Shown: piece after piece, positions 7,865 to 16,062 of the stretch
How positions within the stretch are numbered: position 1 is the stretch's first letter
Layout: each line of letters starts with the position of its first letter
NCBI GenBank assembly: GCA_002269645.1
Contig: NIVC01001074.1
Span: forward strand, 1 to 16,062
Origin: Macrostomum lignano
Taxonomy: Eukaryota
DNA length: 16,062 nt
Reading direction: 5' to 3'
Program-made: the position numbers and the translations under genes
The notes under the pieces: generated by a model
What the model was told of the DNA's origin: nothing
The model's database searches: none
Seen by the model: only the letters and a program-made list of their open reading frames with translations

Positions 7865-10800
7865 ATGATCCTGACAGTTGGACAGCGTCTGCTGCCCCTG
7901 CTTCTCTTGCTGCTGATTCAGATTTCCCTAGCGCTCAGCTGCAATCCCCCCAACTCAACTTCAGACAGCAGAGTCACAATCTCTACCACTGGGGGCGGCT
8001 CAGGCAGCGTCTGCTATTTCCCATTTGCGGACGGCTCCAACACTTACAACGATTGCACCGAGTATTGCTCGAGCGGCCAGTGCCGCTTCTGGTGCGCGAC
8101 CTCCTGCGACTACGGCGCCAGCAGCACCCTGTGGCGATACTGCAACTATCGGCTGGCGAACCTGACGCAGGAAAACTGTTCCGGTCTGGCAACCGCGGCT
8201 CAGAGTTCCGAGCCGTCTGTACTCTACGCTGGCCTCGGCTCCGGGACCAAGTGTGTGTTCCCGTTTCTGTATAACGGCAAGTGTCACTATGACTGCCTGA
8301 CCACTACAACTGAGCCGTGGTGCGCCACCACTGCAGAGAGCGCTATCATCGATAACAACTTCAAATACTGCGCTTATACAATTTCTGGTGCGGCATCGCA
8401 GAGCTGCGCCCGGCTTAACGCATCAGAGCCGGCCTACATCACGCCGCAGCTGAGCAGCTATTCCGTCATATACACCCAGGCTGATCCTTATGCTAACTGT
8501 ACTTTTCCATTCTACTATAATGGAAAGTGTTACGACGACTGCACCAGTGGGGCCGGCTTTCCCTGGTACCTGATCTGGTGCAGTACAGAGCGCTACTACC
8601 AGCCCAATAAGCGCATCCGATTCTGCCCCTACTACAGAAGCTACGTTGGCATCAAGACACTCGCGCTACGTTGGGGCTTTTACAGGATCTACCTGCAGAC
8701 TGGCTGCGGCAGCGGCGGAAGTTTTTGTAACGCTAGCATTGCCGCGGCGAATTCCACAGCTCCACTGGCAGCTTACGGTTCGCGACGACTGGCTCTGACC
8801 GCTCCAAGCACCGAAGCCGCAGTCATGTGGGAGGCCATGCCTCAGCCTAACGGTTTCTTCATCTTCAGAAGCGTTGTGCCATGCTACACCCCGGCTGACG
8901 CTTGGTCCTCCGATGTTGCAGACGCCACTTTTGAGAACATAACAAAAGAACGCGAATTTTGGATTGTTGACTCAGCCGGTGGCAGTGGCGGCAGTGGACT
9001 GTACACAATAAAATCTTCGTTCAACGATACTGCCGGATACTTCCTGGCGCCAAGCACTGTCAGCGGCTACTCTGTGCTCACTCTGCAATCAAGCACTCCT
9101 ACTGTATGGCTATTCGAAGAGATCTCCGATCTGGAGAAGTCCAATTTGAACGTATGCGACCAGCTAGACATCAACGGCGGCTGGTGCAACTGGACCGACT
9201 GGAGTACAGTGAGCAGCGAGTGGCAGATGCGCGAACGGAACTGTAGCTGTCCGAGCGTTGCTGGCAACGGCACAACATGCGAGGGAAACAGCACCGAATG
9301 GCGGGCAGTAGTCAACGGGACTTGGTGCCCGTGGTCTGCCTACGCACCGGCAGGCGGAGGTTTTGCCACCCGGACTCGCGCCTGCGCTTGCCCGGCACCG
9401 GCAAACAGCGGATTGGACTGTCCTGGCAGCGGAAATGACACGGGTTTGGTAACAAATGGTAGCTGGTGCGGATGGAGCGCCTTCTCCATGGCTTCAGGCG
9501 TCGGCACTAGGACACGTCAGTGCAACTGCAGCGCTCCAGCGTATGGCGGTACAGACTGCCTTGGGTCTGCCATCGACTCAGGAGCTGTCGTTAACGGCAG
9601 CTGGTGCGGTTGGAGCCCGTTCTCTGTGATTTCTGGAGTTGGAACTAGAACGCGACAGTGCAACTGCAGCGCTCCGGCGTACGGCGGCAACGACTGCGTC
9701 GGCTCCGCTAGCGATTCCGGTACGGCAGTGAACGGCACCTGGTGCGATTGGGGTGCATTCGCAGTGTCCAGCGGCATCGGGACTAGAACTCGTCAGTGCA
9801 ACTGTAGCTCACCATCGTACGGCGGAGTTGATTGTCCCGGTTCTGGCACTGACTCTGGTACGGTCGTTAATGGTACCTGGTGCGGATGGAGCGCCTATTC
9901 AGTGACAGGAGGGGTTGGAACAAGAACACGACAATGCAACTGCAGCAAACCAGCGTACGGCGGTGTCGACTGTGCAGGACCAGCAACCGACTCTGGCACA
10001 GTCATCAATGGCAGCTGGTGTGGCTGGAGTGCCTTCTCTGTGGCTGGTGGCGTCGGGACGAGAACGCGTCAGTGCAACTGCAGTGCAGCTGAGTACGGCG
10101 GCGTGGACTGTGTTGGTTCGGCAACCGAATCGGGCTCCGCAGTGGACGGCAGCTGGTGCGCATGGAGCGCTTATCAAGTCAACGGGGAGTTTAGCAACCG
10201 TTCGCGACTTTGCAACTGCTCAGCGCCCGCGTTCGGCGGCCAACCCTGTCCAGGCAATGCTAGTGAGACTCAGAGGGTAGTTAACGGCACCTGGTGTCCA
10301 TGGGGACCCTACATAGTGTCTGGCGCTAATAGTACCAGAGCGAGAAGTTGCAACTGCTCCGCCCCGGCATACGGCGGTGCCGACTGCATCGGAGCTGCCA
10401 ATGAGACTCAGGTGGTGATTAATGGTAGTTGGTGTGCCTGGAGTAGCTACACCCTGTCACCTGGAGGAGACTACGGTACACGAACTCGGGCGTGCAACTG
10501 TCCGGCTGTGGCCTTCGGGGCACCGACTGTCCGGAAGTGGAAACGACACCGGATTGAAGCAGGACGCAGCCTGGTGCGCCTGGTCCAGCTACATTGTCGA
10601 CCCTGCCACCGGCGTTGGCACGCGGAACCGCAGCTGCGCCTGTCCTGCTGTGCCAGCCCACGGAGGCTCAGCTGTCTGCTCGGGAAACTCGACCGAGTCT
10701 GGCCTCTCTATAAACGCGACCTGGTGCGCCTGGTCCGCCTACGCAGCCGACGGGTCTGGCAACGAGACCCGACAGCGAAACTGCAGCTGTCCGACTGGCG

Positions 10801-11551
10801 GCGACTTTGGAGGTTCAACTGTCTGCCCCGGCTCGGCTGTGGACACGCGCCAGATTGTCAACGGTAGCTGGTGCGCCTGGAGCAACTACACCGTCGAAGG
10901 CGGCTGGGGCGTCCGGAATCGAACCTGCGAGTGCCCACCGCGTCAGTACTGGGAGAGACGTGTCAAGGTAACACGACAGATTGGCTGGCTCAGGTAAATG
11001 GCAGTTGGTGCGCCTGGTCTGAACTCGTATACACCTATGGTGCGGTGTCGCGCACCCGACAGTGCAACTGTTCCGCACCCAATGACATCGGAGTCGCCTG
11101 CTCGGGCGTCTCAGTCGAGCACTATCCGTGCAATGCAACCGCCTGCGCCACCACGACCCCAGCGTCCACCACCGGCGCTGCATCAACGAGTTCTGCTCCA
11201 GCAGCCTGGTGTCCTTGGGGCAATTTCACAGCCGGGCCGTTCAACAGCGGCTTCATGTACCGCCAGCGCCTGTGCAACTGTCCAGCTCCGTCAGCCGCCG
11301 AATCAGTCACGTGTCCGGGAAGCGGTCTGGAGAACGTCACCTGCCGCATAGCTGGCTGCGAGCGCATCATTGCAATACTCAAAAGCAAAGGCGCTGCTGG
11401 CGCAGACATCAGCCAGTTGTCCAGCTTCCGCAAGCTCGTCGGCCTCGGCGCTGTCGTGTGCTCGGCCGCCGCGCTGTCGCTGGCCATCGGTGCTGTTCTC
11501 ACGCTGTGCAAAGCGGCCGGCAGCGGGACCGGCGCCACCGCGCCAGCCTGA
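7865..11551 (+). CDS. Intronless type I membrane glycoprotein: signal peptide, 3 FN2-like domains, possible beta-trefoil, 15 TSR-like repeats, TM. About 1229 aa after repairing three single-base deletions.
   Basis: ATG 7865 (aagATG; the track's TTG start at 7844 is unlikely). Signal peptide MILTVGQRLLPLLLLLLIQISLA. CxFPF...WC...C domains at 8012-8143, 8252-8371 and 8498-8626. WCxW...RxRxCxC repeats at 9173-11359. Hydrophobic LVGLGAVVCSAAALSLAIGAVLTLC at 11435-11509. Adding G at 10517-20, G at 10533-34 and C at 10934-36 joins ORFs 7844, 10422 and 10871 and restores the repeat consensus. Confidence 0.85.
9173..11359 (+). repeat. Coding tandem array of 15 TSR-like units; exact 138-nt period from 9455 to 10421
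   Basis: Unit starts at 9455, 9593, 9731, 9869, 10007, 10145, 10283 and 10421 are each 138 nt apart. Confidence 0.92.
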
Positions 11552-12113
11552 GGCCTTGGCGCCATTTTTGACCAAACCAATAAGAACGATAAAAACTGTG
11601 AACAAGTCTGACGATCGAAATTTTATTACGCAACACTCTGATTGAGTTGCATTGCTCACATTAGAAAAGCAAGTACGTACATCCTTGAGTTTTCAAAATA
11701 TCTCATTTTGTCGGTTTCTCTTTTAAAATATTATTTTTTCCTAAAACATCTCAAGAAAACAAAAAATTAATTTAAGACCTACCTCAGACTACTGTCTACT
11801 GTAAGTAACAGGGGTGAATATACATTTAGAAAAGCACATTTTTGCTACATCTTTTTTTATAGTTGGAAGATCTTTGTGTAAATCAATGCGCCTTCTGTAT
11901 CTCTATTTTATCTATTCAAGTTTTTAAGCTATTTTAGGAGGCAGATTCAGCGAAGAAAGACAATAAGGAGACCTGAGGTTTGCATTTTTTCTGCATCAAA
12001 ATTGTTTTTACCTTTGATAGGAGGCAGACCCTATGTCCATATTTTGATATGACTTGCCTTTCTGATGGCTCTGCTGATAATCATAAAGCTTTTTGTTTAG
12101 AAAACTAAGATTC

Positions 12114-13565
12114 TTAACAGTAGAAAGACCATGGGGTGTATTTCAAATACACACATTCTTTCTTTTGTCTGGATCTCCAAAAATATTAAACCAATTGCCA
12201 TGAAAATCCAGAACACGGGCTAAAATTTTCTGCTCTATTCGATGAAGCAACTTCGAGAATCACGAAAAATCGGCATCGTCGAGATATTCAACGATTTTCC
12301 ACGGGGTGTCTGGTGGCAAAATCCACCAACATTGGCAAAATTTTTCTGCTCACAAAATCTCATCATGAAACCACGTCGACTCAACAAACTATGCATATCA
12401 GTCGTAGAGGCCTTTCTTCTCAGCATCCCAGACACCAGGGTCCCATTCAACACCGTCTGGAGCATCGGCGGCGACCGTCGGACCTTCAACAAAAGCACCC
12501 GATCGGAATTTCAGAGACGGTTGCGTTCCCAAACTGAAATGGAAGAATCCTCTTCTGCATGCAGCATTCCGTCAGTAGACACAATCGGTGAAAGATATGG
12601 ACGATGGCGACCCTCTAGACTGACCTGTAGACATACAAGCGACCTTCGGGTCGTTCAACGGAGTGCCACCACGCTGCCCTGACGAGCTGGCACCCCCAAC
12701 ATCGTGGTCTGTAACTCTTCAACTTAATATGGTGCAAAAGCATTGTATAATATGCAAACATATCTGGTTTGGTGCCTTGATAGAAAAATCACGATGTTTG
12801 GGGTGCCAGCGCGTCAGGTCCGCGTGGTGGCACTCCGTTGAAGGTCCCGAAGGTCGTCCGGATAGAGCTGAATGGTGAAAATGATGCAGGACCATTGTAT
12901 AATATGCAGATATGCAGACATGCCTGGTTTGGTGCCTTGATAAAAAAGCAGGATGTTGGCATTGACGGTGTCAGCTCGTCGGGGCCGCGTGGTGGCACTC
13001 CGTTGAACGACCCGAAGGTCGCTTGTATGTCTACAGGTCAGTCTAGAGGGTCGCTATCGTCCATTTCATTCACCGATTATCTCTATTGACGGAATGCTGC
13101 ATGCAAAAGAGGATTCTTCAATTTCAGTTTTGGGAACGCAGCCGTCTCTGAGATGCCGATCGGGTGCTTTTGTTGAAGGTCTCGACGGTCGCCGCCGATG
13201 CTCCAGACGGTGATGAAGGGGACCCTGATGCCTGGAATTCTGAGAACAAAGGCGTCTACGACAGATAGACCCAGATTATTGAGCCAATATGGATTCACCA
13301 TAAAGGTTTATACAGTGTAGTGTTGGTTGTCCTTGCCACCAGTGTCTTCGACAAGAATCGTTGAATATCTCGACGATGCCGACGTCGGATGACATTGAAA
13401 GTTAGTTAGTCAGAAAGGGCGGAAAATTTTGATAAATATGACGGACTTTTGCGAAAATCGGTAATTCGGTTTGCGAGCTATCGTGAAATGGGTTGTGTGC
13501 ATTTTTAATACACCCCCCGTGGTCTTTCCCCAGGGGGAAAAATAGCGTGGTCTTTCTACTGTTAA
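12114..13565. mobile_element. TTAA-flanked non-autonomous fold-back DNA transposon (piggyBac-like ends), 1444 bp between the TTAA sites
   Basis: TTAA (12114-17) + CAGTAGAAAGACCA (12118-31) ... TGGTCTTTCTACTG (13548-61) + TTAA (13562-65). Internal inverted arms: 12270-12296/13356-13382 (27 bp perfect) and 12397-12694/12967-13266 (about 92% by manual alignment, with a 68-bp perfect core). Confidence 0.8.
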
Positions 13566-14729
13566 CGTAATTTTCCCGTTAAACCTGCCTCCTAAATTTT
13601 TTCAAGTTACTTACTTTCCCGTCCCTCAAGTTGAGCAGTCCTTGGGTAGGGAATGATCTTGCTCTACGGTAGGCTCAGAACATCAGTTCAGCCAGCTGTT
13701 TTGCCAGAATTTGGATGCAGTCAAAGTTGGAGTTGGACGAGAGGAGGCTGCCTGCAGAAAGGAGGCTGGAGGTATGGAGAGGAGAGAAGAGAAATGCTCT
13801 CTCTACAATCGACAGCAAAGTAGGATGTAGAACACTGCCTGACTGACAGGCGTGAGTTTTTTCCAGCTGGGCCGAAGTTGCCATGGCCACAATAGTTCGG
13901 CAAGCATTCGCAGAACAACAAGCCTTGACTTGCAGCAAGAAATCCAGATAAAAAGCCTGAAATTAATAGCGCCGGCATAAATTTATAAAAATCGAGCCTA
14001 CCCAATAATTGTCTCTCGACATGGGAAGAATTTCTCACGAACTGCAGTCAACGATGGAATGATTATTGTCAAGAGAACCAAAACGACTATATGCGAGAGG
14101 CTGCACCGCAAGAGGCCCTTGAAGGCACTCAAGATCCTGCTAGCTGCAATGCATTCAGCCCGATATTTTGCCGAGTGGGTGGTGCGCAATTAGCATTAAT
14201 AATCTGCCATATCGCTTTTTTCCCATTCTGGCTCAGATCCTTCCGTCCCCTCCCATCTCGGGCAGCCTGTGGACGCGACCTGCGTACATTGGCTCCTTAA
14301 ACAAAACAGATCCAGGGAAGAGAGTGAGGGCGAGGGGCGGGCAGAGAAAATGAAAGAGCCTGAGCAGCAGAGAGTGTCCCACAATTTAGGACAGCAGGAT
14401 GCGGGACTCGCGTCCTCTCCACCCCCTCCCTCAGGCGCGGCTTTTCCCCATTTTGTTTTGCATCGTCGCACACGGCTCAGGTGAGGACGGGGTTGGATTG
14501 TTGGGACAGCAAACAAAGTGTGGGCTGGCTCTGCCCCTGCCAAGCAAGTATAAAACCGGCACGTAAGTAACGATATAAGCCTCGTTGATGGCTTATAATC
14601 CTAGCACAGATGTAGGAGCGATCCAGTTGCCTGCTCAACTTGCATAGGATGCAAAGCAGTCTATTGCTCAGCGGCATGGAGACAGATGCATGCAGACAGC
14701 TATAGAGAAGGCCCATCGCAGCAAGCACA

Positions 14730-15512
14730 ATGACGGAGTCTCGCGCCCTGACTCGCAAGCAGAGCGTCATCATCGGTTTGTGCGCTCTGTGCCTGACCTT
14801 CGTCTTGCTGATGACAGCTGGTCAGACCGGCTCCGTCAGAGGGGTCGCAAACTGAGTCAGGAAATTGCCTGGCTGCCGTTCCGGCTCGTCAATAGCTACA
14901 GCGGTGGTGATTTTAACGATACAAATCGTCGAGACAACTCGTGGAGGAAGAATCTTCGACCGACGACCTCAACAGGGCTCCGATTTGATCCCTTCAACGA
15001 ATTGGCCGCTATGCTGGTGCCGAGCTCAAAGTCAGGCAACTCGACTGGTTGGAAGCGATTCCAGATGGTCTACCCGCAGCTTTACCGACATCTCACCAAG
15101 CTGACCGAATCGCCAGCCGCGGTTGCTCCAAATCTTCTAAACGCGCCAAACAACACCGCAAAGAATCTGTCTGCCTGCCGCCGTCCGCCAGACAAGAACC
15201 TGGCCCACCTGTTGAACCAGCCGACTCCAGCTTTCCGTTTGCTCGACCGACTTACCGAGGCGGCTTCTGGTCGCCCAGGAGCTGCTGGCCGCCGCTGTCG
15301 AAAACCGCCGTCCTGGTGCCGTACCGGAACCGAAGCGAGAATCTCGACAAGTTCGTGCCCTATATGCAGACCCTGCTGCAGCAGCAGAACATCGCCTACG
15401 GCATCTTCGTGATTGAGCAGGCGAATACGAAGCTGTTCAACCGCGCCAAACTGCTCAACGTTGGCTTCCGAGTGGCCAACAGTTTGCCAAGTTTGACTGC
15501 TTCGTGCTGCAC
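14730..15512 (+). CDS. GT7 family beta-1,4-galactosyltransferase / beta-1,4-GalNAc-transferase-like, first coding exon; the gene continues beyond the window
   Basis: Type II anchor MTESRALTRKQSVIIGLCALCLTFVLLMTAG, a long stem, then GGFWSPRSC..KTAVLVPYRNR, YGIFVIEQ, FNRAKLLNVGF and FDCFVLH followed by donor GTaagt (15513), just before the expected DVD motif. Needs three +1 repairs (about 14841-44, about 15252-53, about 15487-90). Confidence 0.88.
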
Positions 15513-15736
15513 GTAAGTAGATCTTTATGAATCCGTGGCTTCGTATCATTCTAGTTAATTAGCTCGTAAGGAGGGCTTTTTGGACACTGCAAAAATCACA
15601 AAGTCAAAACCAGAATGTGCTTTGTTTTGTACTTGTCTACAGTAGGCCTAACATCTAAATGACCCAAGTGGAAGGGGTTTTTATTGACTATTTGAAAATG
15701 CATGCATGTGAAAAATAATCGTCAAGATGCTTGAAC

Positions 15737-16033
15737 TAATAATAGTAATAATAATTGATTACACCTGCTCAGTTGGGCCAGGTGTGCAACGACAGCTCAG
15801 CCGCAGCTATAGCGGGGCGCATCTGAAGGCTGCGTACGGCTGTTGAGTCCAAGGACTGGGGGTCGCCACATACACCCTCAATTACACCAGCCCATCATAC
15901 AGCTGGGTGAACTGAAACAATTCAGAGTTAAGTATCTTTGCTCAAGGAAACAGATTGTTTCAATTGGATCGGGAATCGAACCCCGACCTTCAAGTCGTGA
16001 GTCCGATGCTCTAACCTCTAGGCTACAAAACCC
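15737..16033 (-). mobile_element. tRNA-derived SINE, copy 2 (intact A and B boxes), in the glycosyltransferase intron
   Basis: The minus strand reads GGGTTTTGTAGCCTAGAGGTTAGAGC (A box) ... GGTTCGATTCC (B box), then the same body as 3236-3530, a 3' stem-loop and an (ATT)n-like tail. Confidence 0.88.
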
Positions 16034-16062
16034 TTCCTTTACACCTGACTGATCTGTTGTGT

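Noticed and set aside
10517-10867. C-terminal ~115 aa of the 1007-aa ORF
   Set aside because: This is off-frame read-through after the first indel. The Cys/Trp repeat consensus continues in the other frames.
10517-10936. Programmed ribosomal frameshifting in the TSR gene
   Set aside because: There is no X-XXY-YYZ slippery heptamer at the shift points, three separate shifts are needed, and the same indel pattern affects unrelated genes.
7983-11659. Numerous antisense and alternative-frame ORFs over the TSR gene and channel exons
   Set aside because: These are shadow ORFs caused by GC-rich codon usage and have no independent features.
12235-13301. ORFs in the fold-back element as a transposase
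   Set aside because: The ORFs are short, the frames are not preserved between the two arms (indels and stops), and no DDD/DDE motifs are recognisable. A degraded remnant cannot be excluded without a profile search.
13675-13884. 69-aa minus-strand ORF with a gccATGg context
   Set aside because: No motif, and it partly consists of a low-complexity pyrimidine tract. It would need expression evidence.
14563-14690. Possible 5' UTR intron (GTAAGT at 14563) and ATG 14690 as the GT7 start
   Set aside because: The acceptor cannot be chosen from sequence alone. ATG 14690 gives a protein without the type II anchor, so 14730 is preferred.
15960-16033. Stand-alone tRNA gene on the minus strand
   Set aside because: It has A and B boxes but poorly paired stems, and it continues into a body and tail shared with the second copy. 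It is a SINE head.

Overview
Eukaryotic (invertebrate metazoan) genomic DNA with GT-AG introns, SINEs and DNA-transposon relics. The style would fit a flatworm such as Macrostomum, but that is inference only. There are three protein-coding genes, all on the + strand. (1) The last four exons (176-319, 493-722, 4340-4528, 5221-5580) of a glycine-receptor/GluCl-like anion-selective Cys-loop channel subunit. (2) An intronless gene (7865-11551, about 1229 aa after repair) for a type I membrane protein: signal peptide, 3 FN2-like domains, a possible beta-trefoil, 15 thrombospondin-type-1-like repeats (13 of them an atypical 4-Cys form), TM and a short tail. (3) The first coding exon (14730-15512) of a GT7 beta-1,4-galactosyl/GalNAc-transferase. 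All three are interrupted by single-base indels in short homopolymers (8 inferred), most likely long-read assembly errors. Non-coding parts hold two inverted copies of a tRNA-derived SINE, a 1.44-kb TTAA-flanked fold-back element with piggyBac-like asymmetric ends, a MITE-like element with 69-bp inverted repeats, a lattice of short motifs in both orientations, a 329-bp (AGAGG)n tract, a (GGGTTGAAAC)5 repeat and a 31-bp minisatellite bracketed by 54-bp direct repeats. The best candidate for something undescribed is the FN2/TSR receptor with its rewired TSR cysteine pattern. Novelty cannot be confirmed without database searches.
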